A DNA stretch of 64,000 nucleotides, from positions 5,600,001 to 5,664,000 of the forward strand of contig CBDCNP010000002.1 in the NCBI GenBank assembly GCA_965219415.1, read 5' to 3'. Positions 21,483 to 32,277 of this stretch are shown here, one piece after another. Numbering within the stretch: the stretch's first letter is position 1; each line of letters begins with the position of its first letter. The stretch comes from Candidatus Marinacidobacterales bacterium (GTDB lineage: Bacteria; Acidobacteriota; Vicinamibacteria; Marinacidobacterales; DATDRI01). The position numbers and the translations under genes are program-made. The notes under the pieces were generated by a model. That model had not been told where the DNA came from, ran no database searches, and saw only the letters and a program-made list of their open reading frames with translations.

Positions 21483-21578
21483 CTGTGATCCGCAAAAAAG
21501 AAAACCGGCCAGAAGCAGCCGACCTTGGCGGGTCTAAAACGCGCAATCAACACTGGATAGACTTTTTGCGGAGCACAG
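21483..21578. mobile_element. 96-bp mini-element with type D termini
   Basis: CTGTGATCCGCAAAAA...TTTTTGCGGAGCACAG; preceded by a piece of repeat G. Confidence 0.6.
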
Positions 21579-21602
21579 GGAACCTAGCGTTCAGTGCGAC
21601 GC

Positions 21603-21767
21603 GGTGCTTGCGCTGTTTGCTGTTGGTGACGTGTACGCATCCCTTTGCAAAAAAGCGCTTATGCTCCATTTAGCGCGATGCGAAGGTCACGAACGCTATT
21701 GTGGCTGTAATTTAATGCACTGTAAAGTCTTAGTATCATTTCACCAACATTTAATGGCGGAAGCACC
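21603..21767 (+). mobile_element. ~166-bp IS1-derived MITE, copy 1
   Basis: GGTGCTTGCGCTG...TGTTGGTGA and TCACCAACA..TAATGGCGGAAGCACC termini; five copies in the window. Confidence 0.88.
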
Positions 21768-21904
21768 GGACAACATGCCTCCCAACGAATCAGGACATCC
21801 ATCAACCGCATTCGGGGAGCGGCGGCCGACGCACGCCGTAACGGGGATCGCATCCGAGCATCGCCTGGGCTAAGCCGTCTGGAAAAGGAGCGGCGGTTAA
21901 TTGC

Positions 21905-22050
21905 CCTTTACCAGCAGATCGATATACGAGCAAGCCTCTCCACGTTCCTAAGACGCCGGTCGCGTCGTCGGGTCGACCGGCAAGAAGGAACTGAGCGCGG
22001 CAGCTCTAAACCGCGCAATCAACGCTGGATCGTTTTTTTTGCGGGGCACA
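21905..22050 (-). mobile_element. Left-end stub of rve-type IS (type D)
   Basis: GCGCAATCAACGCTGGATCG..TTTTTGCGGGGCACA terminus; inner boundary approximate. Confidence 0.7.
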
Positions 22051-22265
22051 GTTGAGCGGCTACGCTTCATCAACGGCCTTCTTGATCGCGGTGAAGGTGA
22101 ATGACATCGCCCAAGATGCTCCAACTCCGAGGCGTGAGGTCAAAATACTCATGCGGCTTCCCGATGGTAGAAATGTAGCAACCCGCCAAGCCGTTCATGG
22201 GAGCGCACCTTGCGCTCGGACTAAGGGTTACACAGCGGCCGCCAACATTTGACTGCGGAAGCACC

Positions 22266-23456
22266 GAAATTAAGTGTTGGCGGCCAGCCCCTAACCGGTC
22301 TGCGTGCTATAGTTTGGACCAGAATTCCGAAGACACAGTTCTCTCATCGTCAGGGCCGAGCCAAAGTGAAGAATCGCAGATGTCTCAATCTCGCATGTCC
22401 GTTGCGGGGCAAAGTCAGTTCCGGAAACATCGTTCGCCACGGATTCTACCGAACCAGGTCCGGGAAACGCCGTCGATACCGGTGCGGCGAGTGCGGAAAG
22501 ACGTTCTCCTCGACGAAAGGCACGCCCTACTACCGTCTCCAACATCGAAGAGCTACTTTCGATGGGGTCATCGCTCTCAGAGTCGAGGGTGTCAGCATTT
22601 CCTCGATTTCCCGGATCAAAGGGATTGCCTGGAACACCGTCGCCCGCTGGCTCGAGAAGGCAGCCCAAGTGTGTCGTCGATTCAATCACAGGAGGATCGC
22701 TAGCTTCGCTGCCGAAGAGCTTCAAGCCGACGAGATTCGCACGTTCGCGGGCAACAAGAAGACACCGAGTTGGGTCTTCGTTACAATCGAAGTCTGGTCT
22801 CGGCTCTGGCCATCGACGGTGACGGGAAGGCGAAGCTACCGGAACACTCACGCTCTGTTTCGCGACCTTTCGAGACGGATGAATTTCGAGCGTCTTCCCT
22901 TGATCGTCACGGATGGATTCGAATTCTACCAGAAGGTCATCCGTCGCTTCTTCGGTCCAGCGTGTCTCTACGGCCAGGTCCTAAAAACGCGCAGGAACGA
23001 TCGCATCATCAAGGTCGAACGGAGAGCGCTGCACGGAGCCGCGTGGCGATTCGAAGACGCGCTCAATAACTCCGAGGACTCCTCGACATTGAACACGTCG
23101 TTCATCGAGCGGTTGAATCTGACCATCCGGCAAAGCTTGGCATACCTTTCGAGACGAACGCTTTCCCACGCTCGCTCGACGGAGAGGCTCGATGAGCATC
23201 TGGAGTTGTTCCGTTGCTATTACAACTTCGTCCGACCGCACGGAGCTCTGAAGTTCGGACGTGAGATCCGAACTCCGGCTATGCAGGCTGGTCTGACGAC
23301 GCGACGGCTCACCTTTCGAGACATCTTCTTGGCGACGACGATTCCTTTGTGGTCGCGGATCGAGGTTTTCGTGCTCAGTAGGGCGCGCAACCCGGTCTCT
23401 TCCGCACCTGTACCACTGCCCGCAGCCGCGTAGCAACACTTGATGGCGGAAGCACC
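22266..23456 (+). mobile_element. IS1-family element, copy 1 (single-ORF transposase 22366-23433), left TIR clipped
   Basis: Zn-ribbon, HTH, ADE, IVTDG and NTSFIERLNLTIRQ motifs; right TIR at 23434-23456. Confidence 0.88.
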
Positions 23457-23872
23457 TCTAGATTTCCACCGCCAAAACGGACGAAATCCTTTCCGGTGCC
23501 AGCGGACGAGCGTGTCGGGCTTCACGACGACTAGGGCATTCTTCCAGTCGAACAGCCGAGCCAGCGCCGCCATCGTGAACCGCGTAACCCGTTGTCGGTG
23601 TGGCGCGGCGTCTGCTCACGCTCGACGAAAAAGGCGAGCTGCTTACGGAGAAAGAGATTCTCGGCGGCGAGGGCACTCTGCGAACGGACAAGATTCCGAG
23701 CCAACGCGAGGGCGTTGACGAAAGCGGGCACAACATTCGAGAGCAGACGCAAGAGCGAACCTTTCCACGTTCACAATGACGTCGGATCACCTCATCCGTT
23801 CGCCGCGAAACGGCCAATCCTGGCAGGTCTAAACTACGGAATCAACGACGGATCGAGTTTTTGCGGAGCACA
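23457..23872 (-). mobile_element. 5' part of rve-type IS (type D), truncated by the IS1 element
   Basis: ALAAENLFLRKQLA and VVKPDTLVRWHRKGF motifs; terminus TGTGCTCCGCAAAAA. Confidence 0.85.
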
Positions 23873-23999
23873 AGTAGACGGCTGTGATAATGGAGGCGGC
23901 GACGGCGACCACAGCTTTCTTGGGGCCGCGATGAGACTTAAGCCGGAAAGAACTGGGCATGCAGATAGCTGTCGCGCTTGCGGCTTGCCGCGTAACCCA

Positions 24000-24213
24000 C
24001 TCGTGTGCTATAGTTCGGGCCTAATTTTGAGAGACGCAGTTCTTTCGGCGATGACGGCTGGGCTGACCACGCGGTGCCTGACGTTCAGGGACATCTTAGT
24101 GTGCACGCCGACGTCATTCCTATTAGACGCAATGGTATTCGTCGACACACGCAGACTAACTGACATTAGCATTCAAATGCCTCTGGCGGCGTACCAATAG
24201 CGGCAGAAGCACC
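24000..24213 (+). mobile_element. Degenerate relative of the 218-bp MITE
   Basis: Shares GAGAGACGCAGTTCTTTCGGCGATG...GGTGCCTGACGTTCAG; ends GAAGCACC. Confidence 0.7.
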
Positions 24214-24306
24214 CCTCTCGGGTGACGAAACACGTTGGGCCTCGGCCCGCGGAATGCTTCGCCGTCCCACGGTCGTTTTCGACCGGTTGAATCTAGCGCC
24301 AAAGTG

Positions 24307-25053
24307 ATGACCGTCGCAGATATCCAAAAAGCTCACTTCGACACCATCCAGCGTCGCTATGAAGCTCACTACGATGACACCTGTAGCCGGCGCTACCGGG
24401 ACCGGTTCTTTCACGAGCGGATGTTTCGTGGGGTCGAACTCGCCGGCAAGACCGTTCTCGAAGCGATGTGCGGGAGTGGACAGACTACGTCCTTTCTCCT
24501 TTCGAAGGGCGCAACCGTCACCGGGCTCGATGTCTCGGAAGAGAGCATCGCGTCCTTCCGCGCGCGTTGGCCCTCGTGCCGGGCGATTCGTGCGTCTGTG
24601 CTCGAATCAAATCTCGAGAGTGGAGCGTTCGATCTGATCGTCGTCGTCGGAGGCTTGCACCATCTTCATCCGCACATTTCGGCGGCGATCGTCGAGTTCC
24701 ACCGTCTCCTCAAGCCGGCCGGTTTTTTCTGCTTCGTCGAACCGCACCGGGGCTCTTTTCCCGATTGGGTACGCCGACGATGGTACCGGCGAGACGATCT
24801 CTTTGCGAAGAATGAAAATTCTGTCGATCTGGACTCGATGAAACGAGAATTCGCCGACTGCTTCGACTTCTTGCTCGAAGACTACCTCGGAAACGTGGCC
24901 TACTTGCTGGTGTTGAACTCAATGGTGTTTCGCGTTCCCTTGAAGCTCAAGCCGCTGTACACTCCCCCATTGATGGTCGTGGAGTCGGCTCTGGTGCCCC
25001 TTCAGACGAGGCTCCTGTCTTGCTTTGCGGTCAGTCGATGGCACAAGCGTTGA
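24307..25053 (+). CDS. Class I SAM-dependent methyltransferase
   Basis: VLEAMCGSG, GLDVS, LHHL and LKPAG motifs. Confidence 0.85.
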   Translation: MTVADIQKAHFDTIQRRYEAHYDDTCSRRYRDRFFHERMFRGVELAGKTVLEAMCGSGQTTSFLLSKGATVTGLDVSEESIASFRARWPSCRAIRASVLESNLESGAFDLIVVVGGLHHLHPHISAAIVEFHRLLKPAGFFCFVEPHRGSFPDWVRRRWYRRDDLFAKNENSVDLDSMKREFADCFDFLLEDYLGNVAYLLVLNSMVFRVPLKLKPLYTPPLMVVESALVPLQTRLLSCFAVSRWHKR

Positions 25054-25130
25054 GGAAGACGTCGCGATCCCAATAGCATGTCGACGACGGGTTGAAGCGT
25101 CGCCTCAATTGCATTTGGTGACTTCCCGCG

Positions 25131-26504
25131 GAGCTCTTGTCAATAGGTGTGTAAAAAAGTTCAGGCAGCAGCAACCTTCGACGACTCCGTTACCCTGTCT
25201 CCATCTTCAAATCGAACGCCCAGGTGAACCTCTCGCATCAGCTCCGGTGCGTTGAGCCGGCGAAAATTCTTCTCCGCAACCAGAAGCAGTTTGAAGATTG
25301 TCGCAGTGGCGGACTCGATTTTCTTGAACCTTTTGGCCGCATCCGTTCTCAATCTCAGTGCAGCGAACGGTGATTCCACGACGTTGCTCGTGCGAAGGTG
25401 TTGCACAGTGAGGCTTGGGAAAGGAATAGAAGCTGACCATCCGCTCCCAGTCCTCGTCGAGCACGTGCGCGGCCCCCGGAAGACCCTTGCGCAAGCACCA
25501 ATCCTGGAACTTTGGCCTTCTTCGTCTCGCACTCCTGCAGGCTGGTGGCGTAGGGGATCGCCGTCAACAGCGGCTTGGCCTGCGCCTGGTCCCTTTTCGG
25601 AATCCGGTCCAGTACGTTGAGGATTCGGTGGTTCCAGCACCGCTGCTCCTCAGCTTCTGGAAATACGTTTCGGGTCGCGGCCCAGATGCCGAGATGACCG
25701 TCACCGATCACCAAACGGGGACATCTCAGACCGCGCTTCTTCAGTCTCCGTAGCAGCGACGACCATGACGCTTCGGATTCTCGATGCCCGGCCTCCAGCG
25801 TCAGGACGATTTTCGTCCCGTCGGACAGGCCACCAACCGCAACTAGCACCGCCGCCTTGTCCTTCTCAAGGCCGGCCTTCACGTACACGCCATCTACCCA
25901 CAGGGACACGAGCTCGAGTTCGTCCAGTGGGCGAGCTAGCCACTGCTCGTACTCTCCCTGCCATTTCTGTTTCAGCCGCGACACCGTGCTGGGAGAAAGT
26001 GGAGCGTCCTCCCCTAGAAGCCCGCGGAGCGCCAAATCGAAATCTCCGTGAGCTAATCCATGCAGGTACAGCTCCGGAATCAACTCGCTCACCGTTTCGC
26101 TCCGACGCTTGAACAGCGGAAGCACTCGACTTTCGAACCTCTCCTCCACGTCCCGTACTCTCGGCCGGCGAACCGTCACCGTGCCCACGCTCATCGTCAG
26201 CTTCCGAGGCTTACCGTATCCATTTCGATAGCCCGCCGTTGTGTCCACGGGCTTCCGTCTCTCCGATTTCTCACGCCCGAGAAGCTCCGTGACTTCGGCT
26301 ACCATCAGCTCCTGCACCCAATCCTGGATCTCGAGCCTCGCCCACTTCTCCAGCGACTCCCAAGCCACCCTTGACGAGCTCCGTCGTCTTGTGGTCTTTT
26401 CCTTCATGGCGGTGTCTCCTTCCGTTGGCCCCTTCAGGCCGTGTTTCGTGACGCGGAAGGTTACTCCGCCTTTACTTTATTTCCACACCTTCTGAGGGTA
26501 GCTC
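25131..26504 (-). mobile_element. IS256-family element, copy 2 (frameshifted)
   Basis: Same TIRs as copy 1; 9-bp TSD CTTCCCGCG (25122-25130 and 26505-26513); two 1-bp insertions. Confidence 0.93.
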
Positions 26505-26727
26505 CTTCCCGCGAACACGTATCGACCGGAGACCGGCGGCTTGCAGGTCAAGAAGTTAGCGCAGCTCGTCGAGCACAGGGTTTCGCGGCCTGGGCTCAAC
26601 GATCGAGATCGGGACCGAAGCAGCGTCCGAGGAACGCGCCATCAACAAGAATTCACCGCGCGGCCAGCGCAGTACCAACAATGCCCAGACCGCAAACGGT
26701 GCTTGCTCGTTTCCGAACAACCTGCTT

Positions 26728-27037
26728 GAGTTCGTAATTCTCTCGACGTCGTTTCTCTAACCGTGTCGCCGGAAAGCCGCTTCTTTCCCGCCTCCAAGAA
26801 ATCTTTGCTCCACCGATAGTACAGATTCGATGCGATCCCTTCGCGGCGGCATAGTTCCTTGATGCTTTGCTCGCTGCGTAGTCCCTCCAGCACGATGCGA
26901 ATCTTCTCCGCAGATGTAAATCGGCGGCGGGTCTTGCGACGGATCTCGCGTACCGTCCGCCTCAGAGGATTGTTCCTCCCTTATTCATCGGACACTCTCT
27001 CCTGGAATTTCAATCCCTCATAGTGTCCATTAGCTCA
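26728..27037 (-). mobile_element. IS3-family orfA fragment with left end
   Basis: Encodes RRRFTSAEKIRIVLEGLRSEQSIKELCRREGI...YYRWSKDFLEAGK. Confidence 0.8.
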
Positions 27038-27096
27038 TCCCCCTCCGTAGCGAAGATTCGATTTCCAGCCGCAGTTCTGGGTTAGAATAGTGCCCC

Positions 27097-28266
27097 GTGG
27101 CCGACGAACAGCAGCGGAAGCCAGAGCTTTCTATTGTAATGCCCTGCCTCAACGAAGCAGAAACGCTTGCGAGTTGCATCGAAAAGGCGTCGCGTTCCCT
27201 TCGTGACAACGGCATCGACGGCGAGATCATCATCGCCGACAACGGCAGTTCCGACGGGTCGGTTGAGATTGCCCAACGCCTCGGGGCACGCGTCGTTTAC
27301 GCTGAGACTCGGGGTTACGGAAGCGCCCTGCTGAGCGGTATCCGAGCTGCATCCGGTACCTTCATCATCACGAGTGATACAGACGGCAGCCATGACCTCA
27401 CGCGTCTCATGCCGTTCGTCGACAAACTCCGCGACGGCTACGACCTGGTGGTCGGCAACCGATTCAAAGGCGGCATCGAGCCCGGTGCGATGCCGTTTCT
27501 TCACCGCTATCTCGGGAATCCGGTGCTGACGACGATCGGCCGTATGCTGTTCCCGAATCCATGTCGCGACTTCCACTGCGGCCTTCGGGGTTTCCAAAAA
27601 GACGCTGTTCTCAGGATGGATCTCCAGACGACCGGAATGGAGTTTGCTTCGGAAATGATCGTCAAAGCAACCCTTCTCGACATGCGCGTCACCGAGGTCC
27701 CAACAACGATGTCGCCGGATGGCCGCAGCCGGCCTCCGCATCTCCGCACCTGGAGCGACGGCTGGCGTCACTTGAGGTTTCTCCTCCTATACAGCCCTCG
27801 GTGGCTGTTCCTCTACCCTGGCCTCGCGCTCGCGGCGCTAGGCCTAGGGCTCGGGGCTTGGGTCTTGCTAGGACCCCAAACCATCGGCACGGTGACATTC
27901 GACGTCTACACCTTGCTCTATGCAGTGGCGGCAATCTCCATCGGCTATCAGTCCATCGCCTTTGGTTTCTTCACTAAGATTTTCGCCATCCAGGAAGGAC
28001 TGATGCCGAAGGACCCGCGCCTCGATCGGGTCTTCCGCTACGTCACCCTCGAAGTCGGTCTGAGTGTCGGCGCGACGCTAGTGTTGGTGGGTCTGGCAGG
28101 AGTGGCGTGGGCTCTGAGTGATTTGGGAGCGCGCTCGTTCGGCGTTCTGCAATCCACCCCCACGCTCAGAGTTATCATCTCGGCCTCGCTCGCGCTCACG
28201 TTGGGCTTTCAGATCGTGCTCAGCAGCTTTTTCCTGAGCGTCCTTGGGCTCCGCCGCCACCTCTGA
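27097..28266 (+). CDS. GT2 glycosyltransferase (Dol-P-mannose-synthase-like) with C-terminal TM helices
   Basis: SIVMPCLNE, DNGSSD, DTD, DFHCGLRGF and TWSDGWRHL motifs. Confidence 0.9.
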   Translation: MADEQQRKPELSIVMPCLNEAETLASCIEKASRSLRDNGIDGEIIIADNGSSDGSVEIAQRLGARVVYAETRGYGSALLSGIRAASGTFIITSDTDGSHDLTRLMPFVDKLRDGYDLVVGNRFKGGIEPGAMPFLHRYLGNPVLTTIGRMLFPNPCRDFHCGLRGFQKDAVLRMDLQTTGMEFASEMIVKATLLDMRVTEVPTTMSPDGRSRPPHLRTWSDGWRHLRFLLLYSPRWLFLYPGLALAALGLGLGAWVLLGPQTIGTVTFDVYTLLYAVAAISIGYQSIAFGFFTKIFAIQEGLMPKDPRLDRVFRYVTLEVGLSVGATLVLVGLAGVAWALSDLGARSFGVLQSTPTLRVIISASLALTLGFQIVLSSFFLSVLGLRRHL

Positions 28267-28318
28267 TCGGATCCCAAAGTGCTAGAGTTTCCAACGAGTC
28301 CATGAAACGACTTTGGGT

Positions 28319-28531
28319 TGTGCTCCGCAAAAAGTCGATCCAGCGTTGATTGCGCCGTTTAGACCTGCTACGATCGGCTACTTCGCGACGAACGACCCGA
28401 CGCCGCCACCGGCGTCTAATAAACGTGGAGGAGCTCTCTCTTGCGACTGTTCTCGAATATCCGGCCTATTGTCCTGAACGCCGTCGCGTTCGCTCGCAAC
28501 CTGTGCCGCTCGCGCAGCGCCCTCGCCGCAG
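28319..28531 (+). mobile_element. Left-end stub of rve-type IS (type D), inverted partner of 23457-23872
   Basis: TGTGCTCCGCAAAAAGTCGATCC terminus; encodes ARNLCRSRSALAA. Confidence 0.82.
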
Positions 28532-28733
28532 CAACCCGTGGCACCATATCGAGGCCATCGAGTTTGCGACGCTCGAATGGGTGGATTGGTTCAACAACTG
28601 GCAGGTCCTCACGTCGATCGGCGACGTGCCGCCGACGGAGTACGAACAACAGTACTATCTGACGCAGGAGGCTCCATTCACGGTGGCCTCAGTCAACTAA
28701 TGAGCTCTCCTCTCAAGAACCCGGGGGAGCCAC
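28532..28733 (+). mobile_element. IS3-family 3' end fragment
   Basis: Encodes EFATLEWVDWFNN...IGDVPPTEYE; degenerate right TIR follows. Confidence 0.8.
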
Positions 28734-29602
28734 TAAGCGAGAGAAGCGCTTGTGTGCTCTGTGGAGGCGCCCCCGAGCAGCACTCGGTCGTCTACCGCAA
28801 GTGGGGATATCCGATCTTGAAATGCCGAGCCTGTGGTCTTGGCTCCACTTTGGTCAGTAGCGACTTTGAGCCCTTCTATCAGTACAATCGGGACTACTTT
28901 CACGGCTCCAGCGGGTATGCAGACGGCTCCGGCGGGTATGCAGACTACTCCGGCAGCGAACGGGTACTTCGGGCGGAGTTTCGGCGCTCCCTTTCCGCGC
29001 TGCGCCGACATGGGTGTGAAGCGGGTCGTCTTCTGGAGATTGGCTGTGCGTACGGCTTTTTTCTCTCCGAAGCCCAGGGCTATTTCGACTGTCACGGGAT
29101 CGAAATCGCCAAGGACGCAGTCGACTTTTGCCGGTCAAGGGGCCTCGAAGTCCATCGAGGCACGCCAGAGAAAGAACTGCTGGATCGCCTCGGCCGCTTC
29201 GACGCAGTTGTTCTCATGGACGTAATCGAACATCTTCCCGCCCCTCTAGATACTCTCAGGTTTGCTACACGCCACTTGAGGCAGGGTGGTGCGGTGATGA
29301 TATCGACAGGAGATTGGGATTCTTACCTTTCACGTTTGATGGGACGGCACTGGCGACTCATGACTCCACCCGAGCACCTGTTTTTCTTCTCGCTCAATAC
29401 CCTCGCGAGAATGCTTACAAAGGTGGGCTTGCGCATCGTGCACACGGTCCATCCCTGGAAGTGGGTACCATTGGGATTGATAGCCCATCAATTAGGCCAG
29501 CGTGTCGGGGCGAGAGTGAGGCTCCTAGAAAAACCTCAAGGGCTCGCTGTTCCCATCAATCTATTTGATGCTGTCCGTGTCATAGCAGTGAAGGAGCGGT
29601 AA
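28700..29602 (+). CDS. SAM-dependent methyltransferase with N-terminal Zn-binding CxxC pairs
   Basis: CVLC and CRAC pairs; LLEIGCAYG, DVIEH and PPEHL motifs. Confidence 0.85.
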   Translation: MSSPLKNPGEPLSERSACVLCGGAPEQHSVVYRKWGYPILKCRACGLGSTLVSSDFEPFYQYNRDYFHGSSGYADGSGGYADYSGSERVLRAEFRRSLSALRRHGCEAGRLLEIGCAYGFFLSEAQGYFDCHGIEIAKDAVDFCRSRGLEVHRGTPEKELLDRLGRFDAVVLMDVIEHLPAPLDTLRFATRHLRQGGAVMISTGDWDSYLSRLMGRHWRLMTPPEHLFFFSLNTLARMLTKVGLRIVHTVHPWKWVPLGLIAHQLGQRVGARVRLLEKPQGLAVPINLFDAVRVIAVKER

Positions 29603-29639
29603 ACGGAAGTCGCATGAGCCAAGAGACGACACCAGCAGG

Positions 29640-29750
29640 CGATGTCGTCGGATGAGAACGCTTGAAATCGGCTCGTATCGCACGGCTTGGTATCTCTGCC
29701 ACCGCATCCGAGAGGCAATGGGTAACGACAAGCTGGACGGGCCTACCCTG
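29640..29750 (+). pseudogene. IS1595-family transposase fragment
   Basis: Encodes LEIGSYRTAWYLCHRIREAM. Confidence 0.75.
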
Positions 29751-29939
29751 TTCGTTGAACACGACCCCGTTCCAAAGATCGGTTATCGCTCGGACGCTGA
29801 CGACTGGCCTAAAATGCCTGATTGTTGGGGAAAATCGACGATATTCGGCCCTCAATGTTAATCTTTGTGCCTCAAATAGCCGGAGGAGGATGTTAGGAGG
29901 AAGGGCAGGAAAATCAAGGCAGGAACTGCAGGAACACAG

Positions 29940-30105
29940 GGTGCTTGCGCTGTTTACTGTTGGTGATATGCACGCATCCCTTTGCAGAAGAGGCGCTTAC
30001 GCTCCATTTAGCGCGCAGCGAAGGTCACGAGCGTTATTTTGGCTGTAATTAAATGCACCGTAACGTCTTAGCATCATCTCACCAACACTTAATGGCGGAA
30101 GCACC
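29940..30105 (+). mobile_element. ~166-bp IS1-derived MITE, copy 2
   Basis: Homologous to 21603-21767. Confidence 0.9.
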
Positions 30106-30150
30106 GGTTTATGGCGTGAAGGTTCACCGTAGTGTATTCTGCCTGGCGCA

Positions 30151-31539
30151 ATGTGGTTTACTTCCGGCACACTCCGCCCGGGGTACGACTGCTATGTAAT
30201 CGGCTCTGGCCCGGCGGGCATCACGCTCGCCCTAGAGCTGGCCAAGGCAAATAAGAAGGTACTGCTCTTTGAGTCCGGCACTGCAATCGATGCGCGGGCC
30301 GACATGCCAAACGCCATCAACCAAGGACACCTCCCGGACGGCTGGTGGGATGAACACTCTATACGCACACTCGGTGGCACCTCAAAGGTCTGGTCAGGCT
30401 GGTGTGTTACGCTGATGGAACGGGATTTCGATAACCCGGCCGTCGGCGTTCGCTGGCCGATTACTCGCCCCGAGTTGGTGCCGTACTATCGGCGCGCAGC
30501 TCGAGTCCTGGACCGAGACACCTCTATCGTCGATGTCGAGACACGCCTGATGCCGGGGTTCGTCTACCGACCGTTCTCAAGAGGTGCTCCTACCCGCTTC
30601 GGACTCAAGTATTTCGATGTACTGGAGAAATCCTCGACGATTCACGTTGCGCTCGGATCCTCGGTGGTTGGCCTCGACGCCGATACGTCTCGCTCCGCGG
30701 TTCGGACGCTGACGTATTTTCATCATTCTTCAAGCACCACGCACCAGCTTGCCATCGATCCCGCACAGCCGGTCGTCCTCGCGGGCGGCGGCATCAGCAA
30801 CGCGCAACTGCTACTTCAGCCTCGCTCGGACGGTGCGGTCCCGGTCGGCAACGAGAGCGACCAGGCAGGGAAGTTCCTGATGGAGCATCCGCATTTCAGG
30901 CGTGTGGCCGAACTCGTGCTTGACGAAGACCTAAACCTGCAACCTAGGCCCGCTGCCTTTGGGGGAGCCACCCATGCGATGGTGCCGGACGATGCCCTGA
31001 CGATGCAGCACGGGCTATTCGGGTGCAGTGTGGACTGTCAGGACCAAACCACCGATCATCCAATGGTCGAGTATCTGTCCAGGGAGCATGGGAAGCCCTT
31101 CTATCACTACATCAGCACTGTACGCTCCGAAATGTTGCCCTCTGCCAGTAACCATGTGTTCCTAACCGGGGAACGCGACGCCGCAGGGTTCTACCGGCCC
31201 AGCGTCCGATGTGTCTTCAACGCCGGGGACTTCCTCAACGCGGAGACGACGTTGCGGCTCCTCGGAGAATCGCTGATAGAGTCGAAGAAGGGCCGGGTAC
31301 GTATTCACAATAGTGTCCTATACCGGTGGGCGGACGGTGGCGGGCACATCATGGGAACGACCAGAATGGGCACGAGTCGGTTGGATTCGGTGGTCGATCG
31401 AGACTGCCGGGTGCACGGCTACCGCAACCTGTTCGTGGCTGGCTCGTCCGTGTTTCCCACCGGCGGGTACGCGAACCCAACGCTGACGATTGTCGCGTTG
31501 TCGCTGCGACTGGCTGACACTCTCGCGACGTCACGGTGA
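30151..31539 (+). CDS. GMC-family FAD oxidoreductase
   Basis: GSGPAG, LGGTS, HIMGTTRMG, GSSVFP and NPTLTI motifs. Confidence 0.9.
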   Translation: MWFTSGTLRPGYDCYVIGSGPAGITLALELAKANKKVLLFESGTAIDARADMPNAINQGHLPDGWWDEHSIRTLGGTSKVWSGWCVTLMERDFDNPAVGVRWPITRPELVPYYRRAARVLDRDTSIVDVETRLMPGFVYRPFSRGAPTRFGLKYFDVLEKSSTIHVALGSSVVGLDADTSRSAVRTLTYFHHSSSTTHQLAIDPAQPVVLAGGGISNAQLLLQPRSDGAVPVGNESDQAGKFLMEHPHFRRVAELVLDEDLNLQPRPAAFGGATHAMVPDDALTMQHGLFGCSVDCQDQTTDHPMVEYLSREHGKPFYHYISTVRSEMLPSASNHVFLTGERDAAGFYRPSVRCVFNAGDFLNAETTLRLLGESLIESKKGRVRIHNSVLYRWADGGGHIMGTTRMGTSRLDSVVDRDCRVHGYRNLFVAGSSVFPTGGYANPTLTIVALSLRLADTLATSR

Positions 31540-32150
31540 TGGTGCCCGACATGACACGCCGCATCTCACGACGGACATTCGTGATGGGGTTCGGCGGCGG
31601 TGCGGCTTCCGCAGCGCTCGTTTGGGGACTCTGGGATTCTAGGCGTTGGCCGCGAACGCCCGGCGAAGAACATCCGGTCATCGCGGGGTGTTGTGCCTAC
31701 GCCGAGTACGATGGTTGGCTGGTCACGACCGAGGACAAAAGACGCCTTCCATTTTCACTGGCCTACACTAGCGGCTGGTACCCGGAGGAAACAGATGCGG
31801 AATCGGCGTGGCGATGGACCCATAAGACGGCAACGCTGTCATTTCTGAACCCGAAAGCGGACGCAACGTTCAGCCTCGACTACGCCGCACGGGCGAATCA
31901 GGCGGTCACGGTCAGCGTCGGCGGTCAACTGCTGCAGCAAGTAGTCGCCGAGGCATCCGGTCGCCGCCGCCGCCGCCGTATTCCTATCCCCGCAGCGGCG
32001 CTGGGAAATGGAGACAGGGCCGAGATTCAGATCACCGTGGACCGAACGTTCGTGCCGGCGAATCTGAACGTGGACTCGCGTGACGCCCGCGAACTTGGCA
32101 TTAAGGTCTATCATGCGGCCGTTGAACGCGATCCCGTCCCAACTCCCTGA
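31536..32150 (+). CDS. Putative Tat-exported protein with a C-terminal domain shared with 36380-38482
   Basis: SRRTF twin-arginine motif followed by a hydrophobic stretch; overlaps the GMC stop codon. Confidence 0.7.
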   Translation: MMVPDMTRRISRRTFVMGFGGGAASAALVWGLWDSRRWPRTPGEEHPVIAGCCAYAEYDGWLVTTEDKRRLPFSLAYTSGWYPEETDAESAWRWTHKTATLSFLNPKADATFSLDYAARANQAVTVSVGGQLLQQVVAEASGRRRRRRIPIPAAALGNGDRAEIQITVDRTFVPANLNVDSRDARELGIKVYHAAVERDPVPTP

Positions 32151-32277
32151 CTGGTACTGCCAGATTGACGAATAGCTAGCTGCCCCCGCGATGATCCAAT
32201 GGAACCCGTCATGTGCTGCACGTGATGTTTCCCTGTTCGGTTATCTCTATTCTCCTGTTCTTCAAGAGCAAATTCAC

